Shown here: positions 9,534 to 18,146 of the stretch, piece by piece
Numbering within the stretch: the stretch's first letter is position 1
Layout: the number at the start of each line of letters is the position of its first letter
DNA from: Armatimonadota bacterium
GTDB taxonomy: Bacteria > Armatimonadota > Hebobacteria > GCA-020354555 > CP070648
NCBI GenBank assembly: GCA_020354555.1
Contig: CP070648.1
Span: 2,212,692 to 2,276,691 of the forward strand
Reading direction: 5' to 3'
DNA: 64,000 nt
Program-made: the position numbers and the translations under genes
The notes under the pieces: generated by a model
What the model saw: only the letters and a program-made list of their open reading frames with translations
Database searches by the model: none
Told to the model about the DNA's origin: nothing

Positions 9534-9633
9534 CGTTTCCGTTGTGCGAACCGCAGTTACCCTAATCGGCTGTCCCTGTCGTTTGCGGACAACCGCGGTT
9601 CATATTCCATATGGTCTACGATTCGTGAGATTC

Positions 9634-10158
9634 CTATTCGCCCGCCGGCAAGACGCGACCGATGATATCGCTGCGCGGCACGGAGCCGGAGTGGACCTCG
9701 CCGGCGGACGCCGCACTGCGGTCATCGGGCATGACGAAGTAGTGGGCGCGCGACACGCGCTGTGCCGCGAAGGACGGCGGAAGCTCCCCGTGTGCGTAGG
9801 ACTCGGCAGTGGCGTCGCCGTCAATGACGAGCGCGCCGTCCTGCGCCGCCACCGACTCGCCGGGCAAAGCAACTACGCGCGAGATGACATACCCAGGCCG
9901 GGCACGCTCGGCGGCGATCGCCACGACATCTCCGCGCCGCGGCGGGGATATTCGATAGCTCAGCTTATCGAGCCACGCCGGGGCGCCGGGGCTGAGCGCC
10001 GGGGACATATACGTCACATCCTCGGGCACGATGATACGGTCAACGAGGAACGCGCGCGCCGCGAGCGCCATCGCACCGACGACGACGACCAGAATCAGGA
10101 GCGGCCGCAGGCAGCCGCGGCGCTTGCGTGGTGTTGTCGGCTGCGCAGACTCGGACAT
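9634..10158 (-). CDS. lepB: Signal peptidase I
   Basis: N-terminal TM anchor; catalytic Ser box YMSPAL; GDVVA; RVVALPGE; YFVMPDDRSAS (GDNR-box equivalent). Confidence 0.8.
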   Translation of the reverse strand: MSESAQPTTPRKRRGCLRPLLILVVVVGAMALAARAFLVDRIIVPEDVTYMSPALSPGAPAWLDKLSYRISPPRRGDVVAIAAERARPGYVISRVVALPGESVAAQDGALVIDGDATAESYAHGELPPSFAAQRVSRAHYFVMPDDRSAASAGEVHSGSVPRSDIIGRVLPAGE

Positions 10159-10423
10159 CGCGTCACCTCACGTCCCGTCGCGTGCAATGATACCACCGCG
10201 AGCGGCGCCGTTTCAACGTCGCTCCGGGAGCTGCGGCAGGAAATGCCGCCGCAGCCGTGGTCATCCGTGGACGGGAGAAGCCGCCTGCGAAACGCTCCAG
10301 GCCGGCAGGTGACGCGCCGCCCGCGTGGAAAGGACTCATGCCGGCGGCCCGAAGCGTGACGGCTGGCGGGCCGGCGCAAGCCAGGCAGCGCCAGTGTGCC
10401 GCGGGCCGCCTGGGAGGAGTGCG

Positions 10424-11173
10424 ATGAGGGCATATCTCGTCTGCGCTTTGCTGCTGCTCTCTGCCGCTTCGCTGATTCCCATGTCAGGCTGCGGAAGTTC
10501 CGACGACATCCAGGCGATTCTCCCCGGCGATTTCCGCATCCTCGCGCCGGGGCGGTCGTGGACCTACGACGGAACGTATTGGGCGCGCGAAATCACACGG
10601 GCTACCGCTGAGTATTCGGGGTCTTTCATCCTCACCCGCGCGTGCACTGAGGTGGATTACGCGGGGCAGCCGGCTTTACGGGTCGCGACGACGGTCAGCG
10701 ACGTTACCGGCGATCGGCCCGCGATGGCGCAAGACCTCGCGGGAACGGACTACTTCGTCCTCCAGTCGCCGGGGTATTACGCGCAAGCGCATCAGACGCC
10801 GGGGGGATCGCTGGAGGTGTACAACCCGCCGCGACTGTGGATGCCGGTGCCGCTGACCCGGGGGCAGACCTGGACGTGGGTCGAGAATTGGTTCGGCACT
10901 GACACGACGGCAACGTGTACCGTGACCGGGGTCGAAACCGAGGACGTCCCCGCAGGCACCTTCGACGCCGCCCAACTGTCGGCCGGAGCCCAGGCATCCG
11001 GCGTGGGCAACTGGCTGCAGTATACGTGGGTGCGGGCAGTCGCGCCCGACATCGGCGTCGTGCGCGAAACGAAGACCTCGTCTCAGACCCTGGCCACCGG
11101 CGAGCAAATCTGGGCCGAGATCAACCTCGACTTGCACAACTACTCCGATACCTACGGCCCGCCGACGCCGTGA
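10424..11173 (+). CDS. Hypothetical lipoprotein
   Basis: MRAYLVCALLLLSAASLIPMSGC signal peptide with lipobox, then a hydrophilic domain. Confidence 0.5.
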   Translation: MRAYLVCALLLLSAASLIPMSGCGSSDDIQAILPGDFRILAPGRSWTYDGTYWAREITRATAEYSGSFILTRACTEVDYAGQPALRVATTVSDVTGDRPAMAQDLAGTDYFVLQSPGYYAQAHQTPGGSLEVYNPPRLWMPVPLTRGQTWTWVENWFGTDTTATCTVTGVETEDVPAGTFDAAQLSAGAQASGVGNWLQYTWVRAVAPDIGVVRETKTSSQTLATGEQIWAEINLDLHNYSDTYGPPTP

Positions 11174-11235
11174 CGCACGAGGGGCAAGGGTGAGCCGCCG
11201 GAGTTTCGGGGCTGCCCGCTCTTGCGCCTTAGGCC

Positions 11236-12357
11236 TCACTCCTCCTCGCCGATGAACCCGTAGTAGCGCCCCATCCAGTAGGCGCGCAGGAATGCGTGCG
11301 GCGAGCCTTCGGTTTCGCCCTCGACCCCCGGAGCGTCCTCGCGATAGCGCGGCTTGATGACCCGCTTCTGTCGGCGCACCTCGTACTCGCGAAACCAACC
11401 CATCGTCCCCGGGTGAATCTCCGCATCCGGCTGCAGAACCTTGTGTGCGAACTGGAAGAACGGATTCGGGTCATCCCGCAACGCGCTCCAATACCGTGCG
11501 ACGCTCTCCTGGTACAGGCCGCGGAGCGCGCGATCGTCTTCGTACTGCGCCAGGTGGAACAGCGCGGTCATGCCCAGGTTATCGTCCCACGGCGGTGTCG
11601 AGCCGTGCGGCAGAACCTTCGCCACCACCGCGCGGTCAGCGTATCCGAAGTCCCTGATGAGCCGCCGGTACTCACGCTCGAACCGCTCGTCGCCAGTGAT
11701 ATGGTGCGCACACTTGAGGTGGTTGAGCGCCTGCAGCGCGTTGAGGTCTTCCTCGAGAATGGCCGGGCTGAAGTTCCCCCACAGGGTCATGCGCCCGTCA
11801 ATGTCCACGATGCGGAAATCGTTCTCGATCCACTGCGAGACGACGGCGCTGACGTCCTCGGCGGCCTCGCGTTTGGCGCGCTCGTCGGCGACGAGATCGA
11901 AATAGCACGCCCAACCGAAGGTACGGCCGTTCATGGAATCGGAACTTGGGTCGCCGAGCCAGCGGTAGTCTCCGGCCTGGTGCCATTCGCGGGGGAAGAA
12001 GTAGCACGCTTCATCCCAGGTCGGCTCGGCGGCGGTCTTGAATCCGCGCGCGAAGAAGCCCGTGGTGCCGGTTATGGTCTGCAGCTTGCGCAGTGCTGAA
12101 GCGGATTCCCGCGCGCGCCGCAGGGCCTGCTCGTCCTTCGTGACGGCGTAACGGAACGACTCCGCGCCCAGGTAATGGCCGGTGGAGATGCAGACGTCCT
12201 CGAAGTTGCCGGTGAGGTAGTCCTCGCGTCCGGCGGGCGGCAGCACGACATGATTCAGGACGAGACCTTCGAAGAGGTGGCGCTCGCCCTGGAACCGCTC
12301 CAATCGCACGGCCTTGTCGAGCAGCGACTCGCGCGCGGTGTCCGATTTCCGTGGCAT
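11236..12357 (-). CDS. Hypothetical protein (possibly alpha/alpha-toroid glycosidase-like)
   Basis: Long ORF with genome-typical codon usage. Trp/Tyr/Asp-rich segments. No confident family assignment. Confidence 0.4.
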   Translation of the reverse strand: MPRKSDTARESLLDKAVRLERFQGERHLFEGLVLNHVVLPPAGREDYLTGNFEDVCISTGHYLGAESFRYAVTKDEQALRRARESASALRKLQTITGTTGFFARGFKTAAEPTWDEACYFFPREWHQAGDYRWLGDPSSDSMNGRTFGWACYFDLVADERAKREAAEDVSAVVSQWIENDFRIVDIDGRMTLWGNFSPAILEEDLNALQALNHLKCAHHITGDERFEREYRRLIRDFGYADRAVVAKVLPHGSTPPWDDNLGMTALFHLAQYEDDRALRGLYQESVARYWSALRDDPNPFFQFAHKVLQPDAEIHPGTMGWFREYEVRRQKRVIKPRYREDAPGVEGETEGSPHAFLRAYWMGRYYGFIGEEE

Positions 12358-12490
12358 CGACCGATACCTCCCGTAGATCGCGGATATCGTTTGATTCCAG
12401 GCTGTGTGCGCGCTTCCTCCATGCCGCACCGGAGCGCAATCTCGCCGGGCGGGGCCTACGCCAGGACTCGGCGCGCGAGCGGCGGCGCTC

Positions 12491-12520
12491 TTGACACATC
12501 CCCTGGGCGACCTTTAGAAT
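12491..12520 (+). promoter_or_regulatory. Sigma70-type promoter TTGACA-N18-TAGAAT upstream of gap, giving a leader of about 170 nt
   Basis: cTTGACAcatcccctgggcgaccttTAGAATg read directly. AGGAGG ribosome-binding site 7 nt before the ATG at 12699. Confidence 0.5.
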
Positions 12521-12698
12521 GACCACGCTTGTGCGGACGCGGCCGCGCTTGGGTCAGACAGGCTACGCGCCGACGCGCAGTGTGCCTTTGTGGCGTCGCG
12601 CGACAGGACGTCTCGCCGATGCGCGAGAAGAGTTCCCGTGGCGGTACGGGCGGCAACGCCGCATTTCAGCGAACTCTCACCACCCAGGAGGAACACGC

Positions 12699-13709
12699 AT
12701 GGCTGTCAGAATCGGCATCAACGGATTTGGGCGCATCGGCCGTCAGGTCTTGAAGGCTTTGCTGGAGAAGTATCCGGCCCACGAAGTGGTCGCCATCAAC
12801 GACATTACCGACGCCGAGACCAACGCCCACCTCTTCAAATACGACAGCAACTACGGGATCTTCCCCGGCGCCGTCGAGGCGAAAGGGGACGGTCTGGCGA
12901 TCAACGGCAAGCAGATCAAGGTCCTGTCGGAGAAAGACCCCGCCAAGCTGCCGTGGAAGAGCCTGGGGGTGCAGTTGGTGCTGGAATGCACCGGCGTCTT
13001 CACCGACGTGGACAAGGCCCGGGCGCACGTCTCGGGCGGCGGCGCCCAGAAGGTCGTCATCAGCGCCCCGGCCAAGGGCGACTGCCCGACCATCGTGCTC
13101 GGCGTCAACGAGGACACGTACGACCCCGCCAAGGCCGACGTCATTTCCAACGCGTCCTGCACCACAAACTGCCTGGCCCCGGTGTGTAAGGTGCTCAACG
13201 ACAGCTTCGGCATCGAAGTCGGGGTCATGACCACGATTCACTCCTACACCAACGACCAACGCATCCTCGACCTGCCGCACAAGGACCTGCGTCGGGCGCG
13301 CGCGGCGGCCCTCAACATTATCCCGACCAGCACCGGCGCAGCCAAGGCGATCTACCTCGCCATACCCGAATTGAAGGGCAAGCTCAACGGCATCGCTCTT
13401 CGCGTGCCCACCCCCACGGTCTCCCTCGTCGACCTGGTCGTGACCCTGGGCAAGGACGCGTCCGCCGAGGACATTAACGCCGCCTTCAAGAAGGCCGCCG
13501 ACGGCCCGATGAAGGGCATCCTCGAGTACTCCGAGGAGGAACTTGTCTCGATGGACCTCAAGGGCAACGAGCACTCCTCCATCGTGGACGCCGGGCAGAC
13601 CATGGTGCTGGCCGGGCGCACAGCGAAGGTACTGGCGTGGTACGACAACGAATGGGCGTACTCCGTGCGACTCGCCGACTTGGCCGATTTCATGGCGAAG
13701 AAGATATAG
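12699..13709 (+). CDS. gap: Glyceraldehyde-3-phosphate dehydrogenase
   Basis: [25 protein letters not shown] active-site motif, full-length GAPDH alignment. Confidence 0.95.
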   Translation: MAVRIGINGFGRIGRQVLKALLEKYPAHEVVAINDITDAETNAHLFKYDSNYGIFPGAVEAKGDGLAINGKQIKVLSEKDPAKLPWKSLGVQLVLECTGVFTDVDKARAHVSGGGAQKVVISAPAKGDCPTIVLGVNEDTYDPAKADVISNASCTTNCLAPVCKVLNDSFGIEVGVMTTIHSYTNDQRILDLPHKDLRRARAAALNIIPTSTGAAKAIYLAIPELKGKLNGIALRVPTPTVSLVDLVVTLGKDASAEDINAAFKKAADGPMKGILEYSEEELVSMDLKGNEHSSIVDAGQTMVLAGRTAKVLAWYDNEWAYSVRLADLADFMAKKI

Positions 13710-13904
13710 GCAGTGCCCCGTTGTGGAGCCGCGGCCTTCCTGCCGCGGCTCCAAACACGTATTAACTCTGGAATGAAGGACGGGCTTGCCAAGCCGGCCG
13801 CCTCGCCTAGCGGGCTTTGCTGCGCCCGCCGCCGAACGACGGCGGGGACGGCGTCCTTCGCCCCACGGGTCGGCGTCGCGCGACGGCGCCCGGGAGAGGC
13901 AGCG

Positions 13905-15086
13905 ATGAAGAAGACGATTGAGGATATCAACCCCAACGGCAAGCGCGTGCTGGTGCGCGTGGACTTCAACGTTCCGCTTGACGAGCAGGGCCAGATCACT
14001 GACGAGACGCGCATTGTGGCGTCGCTGCCGACGATACGGTATCTCGTCGGACGGGGCGCCCGCGTCATCCTGGTGTCCCATCTCGGGCGGCCCAAGGGGG
14101 TGGACGAGAAGCTGCGTATGGACGTGGTGGCCAAGGCGCTCCAGCAGCATCTCGGCCAGCCGGTGAAGAAGGTGGATGACTGCATCGGCACCAAAGTCGA
14201 GCGGGCCGCGCAGGATCTGCGGCCCGGCGAGGTGTTGCTCCTGGAGAACGTGCGGTTTCACGCCGAGGAAGAGAAGAACGACCCCGACTTCGCCGAGGCG
14301 CTCGCCGACCTCGCCGATATCTACGTCAACGACGCCTTCGGCACCGCCCACCGCGCCCACGCGTCCACCGCGGGCGTCGCCGACCACGTCCGCCCCGCCG
14401 TCGCCGGGCTGCTGATGAGCCGCGAGATCGAGGTCATGGGCGAGGCGCTCGCCAACCCCAAGCGGCCGTTCGTCGCAATCCTCGGCGGCGCCAAGGTCGA
14501 GGATAAAATCGGAGTCATAGATAACCTCATCACCAGAGTTGACGCCCTGCTGTTGGGCGGCGGCATGGCCTACACGTTCTTCAAGGCCCAGGGCTACGAG
14601 ATCGGCAAGTCCCTGCTCGACGCCAAGCATGTTGACATGGCCGGGGAACTGATGGCCAAGGCCGACAAGGCCGGCATCCGCTGGGAGCTGCCAACCGACA
14701 TCCTGGTCGCCACCGAGATTAGCGATGACGCCGAGCGGGAGCTGGTCGGGGCGGATGCCATTCCGGCGGATTGGATGGGCCTCGACATCGGCCCCGCAAC
14801 GCGGGAGAGCTACGAGAATGCCATAGCCAAGGCCGCGACCGTCGTGTGGAACGGGCCGATGGGCGTGTTCGAGCGCGCGGCGTTTGCGGAAGGCACGCGC
14901 GCCATCGCCAAGGCCATGGCGGAATCGAATGCGATAACCATCGTCGGCGGCGGAGACACCGCCGCGGCGGTGGAGCAGATGGGCTTTGCCGAGGGCATGA
15001 CGCACATCTCGACCGGCGGCGGAGCATCCCTGGAATTCCTCGAGGGCAAGGAACTCCCGGGCGTGACGGTGTTGGACGACAAGTGA
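13905..15086 (+). CDS. pgk: Phosphoglycerate kinase
   Basis: [12 protein letters not shown]; GGGMAYTF-region conservation; full-length PGK-like. Confidence 0.95.
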   Translation: MKKTIEDINPNGKRVLVRVDFNVPLDEQGQITDETRIVASLPTIRYLVGRGARVILVSHLGRPKGVDEKLRMDVVAKALQQHLGQPVKKVDDCIGTKVERAAQDLRPGEVLLLENVRFHAEEEKNDPDFAEALADLADIYVNDAFGTAHRAHASTAGVADHVRPAVAGLLMSREIEVMGEALANPKRPFVAILGGAKVEDKIGVIDNLITRVDALLLGGGMAYTFFKAQGYEIGKSLLDAKHVDMAGELMAKADKAGIRWELPTDILVATEISDDAERELVGADAIPADWMGLDIGPATRESYENAIAKAATVVWNGPMGVFERAAFAEGTRAIAKAMAESNAITIVGGGDTAAAVEQMGFAEGMTHISTGGGASLEFLEGKELPGVTVLDDK

Positions 15087-15323
15087 GGGGCCCGGGAATC
15101 CACGACGCAATGCCGGGGGCTCTGTCACCTTGAGCGCGGCGACGAGTCTTCCGCGCGATCGTGCTCGCGGTGTGCAGGTGAGATCCTTCGCATAACGGCG
15201 CCGCGTGATGCGGCTGCGCCGCATTCCGGAGCGGCGCCGCGCAACTCGGAATAACACGGTCCGGGCTGTACGATGCGACGGAGGAACGGACCGCGAGGAC
15301 TGCTTGTCTGCCGTACGGAGGTA

Positions 15324-16136
15324 ATGATGCGGGTTCCGCTCGTAGCGGGTAACTGGAAGATGTTCAAGACGCAGCAGGAGGCGACTCAATTCGCCGCCGA
15401 TTTCGTGTCGCTGATCGAAGATGTCCACGGCGTCGAGGTAGCGCTGTGCCCGCCCTTCACGGCGTTGGCAGCGGCGACCGAGGCGCTGCGCGGCTGTGAC
15501 GTCGGCCTCGGAGGGCAGGACTGCTTCTGGGAGGAAGAGGGCGCCTTCACAGGGCAGGTCGCGCCGCACATGCTGGTGGAGGTCGGGTGTGAGTACGTCA
15601 TCATCGGCCACTCGGAGCGCCGCGGGCGCTTCGGGACGACGCCGGAGGATTGGGCGCCGGAGGTGTTGGCGCTGTTCGGTGACAGCGACCAGACGGTCAA
15701 TCGTAAGGTCAAGGCGGCGCTGGCGGCCGGGCTGACGCCGATCATCTGCATGGGCGAGACGGCCGACGAGCGTGACCGCGGCGAAACCGATTCGGTGGTG
15801 CGCGGGCAGTTGCAGGCCGCGCTCGACGGAGTGAGTGCCGAGCAAGTGGCCGGGCTGGTAATCGCCTATGAGCCGGTGTGGGCCATCGGCACCGGGCGCA
15901 CCTGTGATGCCGCCGAGGCGAACCGGGTCAGCAAGCTCATTCGCGACGCCGTGCGCGCGGAGTTCGGCGACGCCGCGGCCGAGGGCATACGCATCCAGTA
16001 CGGCGGCAGCGTCAAGCCCGGCAATGCGGCGGAGATCCTGGGCCAGCCGGAGATTGACGGCGCGCTGGTCGGGGGCGCCAGCCTCAAGCCCACCGACTTC
16101 GCCGCCATCGTCGCTGCGGGCGTCGGCAAGAGGTAG
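15324..16136 (+). CDS. tpiA: Triosephosphate isomerase
   Basis: [25 protein letters not shown] motifs. GGAGG ribosome-binding site; tandem ATG at 15324 and 15327. Confidence 0.95.
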   Translation: MMRVPLVAGNWKMFKTQQEATQFAADFVSLIEDVHGVEVALCPPFTALAAATEALRGCDVGLGGQDCFWEEEGAFTGQVAPHMLVEVGCEYVIIGHSERRGRFGTTPEDWAPEVLALFGDSDQTVNRKVKAALAAGLTPIICMGETADERDRGETDSVVRGQLQAALDGVSAEQVAGLVIAYEPVWAIGTGRTCDAAEANRVSKLIRDAVRAEFGDAAAEGIRIQYGGSVKPGNAAEILGQPEIDGALVGGASLKPTDFAAIVAAGVGKR

Positions 16137-16147
16137 GACGACCGATA

Positions 16148-16624
16148 ATGGCGGAACGTGCAGACGAGCGGATGCCCGTGCGCATGGTGGACGTCGGCAG
16201 CAAGCCGACGACGCAACGGGAGGCCACGGCTCGCGTCGAGTTGCGCATGCGGCCCGACACGCTGGTCGCCATTGATCGCAGCGACATGCCCAAGGGGGAC
16301 GTCATCGCGGCGGCCAACATCGCCGGCGTGACGGCGGCGAAGCGGACGTGGGATCTCATTCCCCTGTGCCATCAGATTCCGTTGTCCTCGGTTGACCTGC
16401 GATTCGAGACTCGCGGGCGCCTCGGCCGCATGATTATCACGGCCACGGCGCGCACCAACGCGCCGACCGGCGCCGAGATGGAGGCGATGGTCGCGGCGGC
16501 GATGGCCGCGTTAACGGTATATGACATGTGCAAGGGCAGTGACCCAGGCATACAGATCACGAACCTCACACTGGTACAGAAGACCGGAGGGAAGAGCGGC
16601 TCGTGGGTGCGGCCGGAAGAGTAG
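16148..16624 (+). CDS. moaC: Cyclic pyranopterin monophosphate synthase accessory protein MoaC
   Basis: MVDVGSKP...IPLCHQIPL...MEAMVAAAMAALTVYDMCK; typical MoaC length (158 aa). Confidence 0.9.
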   Translation: MAERADERMPVRMVDVGSKPTTQREATARVELRMRPDTLVAIDRSDMPKGDVIAAANIAGVTAAKRTWDLIPLCHQIPLSSVDLRFETRGRLGRMIITATARTNAPTGAEMEAMVAAAMAALTVYDMCKGSDPGIQITNLTLVQKTGGKSGSWVRPEE

Positions 16625-17085
16625 AAGCGGTGTGCATCGGCGAGCGCACGGGCGAACCCAAGCGCGCCGCGCCGCGCATCATCCTCGTCGCCGCTCACGG
16701 GGTCGAGGGTGACGCTCACGCAGGCAGCGCGCGCCAGGTGAGCCTGCTCGCCACCGAGAGTCTCGACAAGCTGCGGGCGAAAGGGCTTGAGGTCGGCCCA
16801 GGTGACCTGGCGGAGAATATCACGACCAGCGGCATCGGACTGTGCGTCCTGCCGGTCGGTACCGTGCTGCGGATCGGCGATGCGCTGCTCGAGGTAACGC
16901 AGATCGGCAAGGAGTGCCATGCGCCGTGCGCCATCGCCCGCCAGGCCGGCGAGTGCGTCATGCCCACCGAGGGCATCTTCGCGCGAGTGAAAGTTGGGGG
17001 CGTAGTGCGAGCGGGGGACGCGATCGCGGTCAGTCACCCGCGCATCTTTCCTGCCGCTGCGGCACAATCACGAAATGAAGATTAG
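16603..17085 (+). CDS. MOSC-domain protein (YiiM/YcbX-like)
   Basis: GTG start overlapping the moaC 3' end. Conserved MOSC Cys in LEVTQIGKECHAPC. Confidence 0.6.
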   Translation: MGAAGRVEAVCIGERTGEPKRAAPRIILVAAHGVEGDAHAGSARQVSLLATESLDKLRAKGLEVGPGDLAENITTSGIGLCVLPVGTVLRIGDALLEVTQIGKECHAPCAIARQAGECVMPTEGIFARVKVGGVVRAGDAIAVSHPRIFPAAAAQSRNED

Positions 17086-17593
17086 GGCGGCGATCCTGAC
17101 GGCCAGTGACCGCTGCGCGCGCAGCGAGGCGCGTGACGAGAGCGGGCAGGCACTCTACGTGACAATGCGCGCCCGCGGCGCGGAGGTGGTCGCGTACGAG
17201 GTCGTGCCGGATGACGTCGAGCGCATCGCGAGTAAGCTGCGCGAGATGGCCGACATGGGTGCCCAGGTCATCCTGACCACTGGGGGAACGGGCATCGCGG
17301 AGACCGACGTGACCCCCGAGGCCACGCGGCAAGTGATCGAGCGGGAGGTGCCGGGCCTCGCGGAGGCGATGCGAGCCGCGAGCCTCGAAGCGACCGCTCA
17401 TGCGATGCTCTCGCGCGCGGTCGCGGGCATACGCGGCAAGGCCCTGATCATTAATCTTCCGGGAAGTCCGCAAGGAGCGCGGGAATGCCTCGAAGTCGTG
17501 CTTCCGGCGCTCGATCACGCGGTGGAACTGCTCGCCGGGCCGGTGAGCGATGATTCGCATCGTCGGCCGCGCGATCAGCGGACCGACGCATAA
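17075..17593 (+). CDS. mogA: Molybdopterin adenylyltransferase MogA/MoaB family
   Basis: AAILTASDR...VILTTGGTGIAETDVTPEAT...GSPQG motifs. Overlaps the MOSC gene end. Confidence 0.85.
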   Translation: MKIRAAILTASDRCARSEARDESGQALYVTMRARGAEVVAYEVVPDDVERIASKLREMADMGAQVILTTGGTGIAETDVTPEATRQVIEREVPGLAEAMRAASLEATAHAMLSRAVAGIRGKALIINLPGSPQGARECLEVVLPALDHAVELLAGPVSDDSHRRPRDQRTDA

Positions 17594-17623
17594 CGGGAAC
17601 CGGGCTTCGGAAAGGATCGGTAC

Positions 17624-18115
17624 ATGGCTCAGAGGAAAAGCGCGGGGAAAGGCTCCAGCAGCCGGCGGCGCACCACGCCCGCCATCGGCGACGAGGTCCG
17701 TGTCCCCGCGGAGACGCGCAACGAGTTCGTCCGTTACGAGCACGCCCCGGGAACGGAGGGGGGGCGCGAGCCGATTGACGGCGTGATCGCTTCGATCCGC
17801 GAGATTTCCTCGGGCCAGTTGCTCAAGGTCGCTGCCGGAGACGCCCACCGTTACGTCTTCGACCTCGTGCGCAACGATACGTTCGACCCTCGCGTTTCGT
17901 CCAAGCGCAATTCGCAAGGGGTTATCGCCGGACGCGTCCGCGACAGCGCGATCTTCCGAGAACTGCAGCAAGCCCTCCGTCAACACGCAGGCAAGGCACC
18001 GACGACCGCCGCCATTGACATGCTCGCCCAGCCCCCGTTCTCCGACTTGCTCGACGGATGGCGCCTCATCCGTGTCCATGCCGCGCGCGTGGAGGTCAAG
18101 GAAGCCACAGACTAA
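17624..18115 (+). CDS. Hypothetical protein
   Basis: 163-aa ORF with normal codon bias and no recognizable family. Confidence 0.35.
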   Translation: MAQRKSAGKGSSSRRRTTPAIGDEVRVPAETRNEFVRYEHAPGTEGGREPIDGVIASIREISSGQLLKVAAGDAHRYVFDLVRNDTFDPRVSSKRNSQGVIAGRVRDSAIFRELQQALRQHAGKAPTTAAIDMLAQPPFSDLLDGWRLIRVHAARVEVKEATD

Positions 18116-18146
18116 CGCCGAGCGCGCTGTGAGCCGACGGACGACC

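Noticed and set aside
12699-15086. gap and pgk lie in the same reading frame with no stop between the gap TAG and the pgk ATG, which could suggest a readthrough fusion
   Set aside because: The chance of 64 stop-free codons at this GC content is about 25%. TAG is used as a terminator by several other genes. No conserved sequence in the linker.
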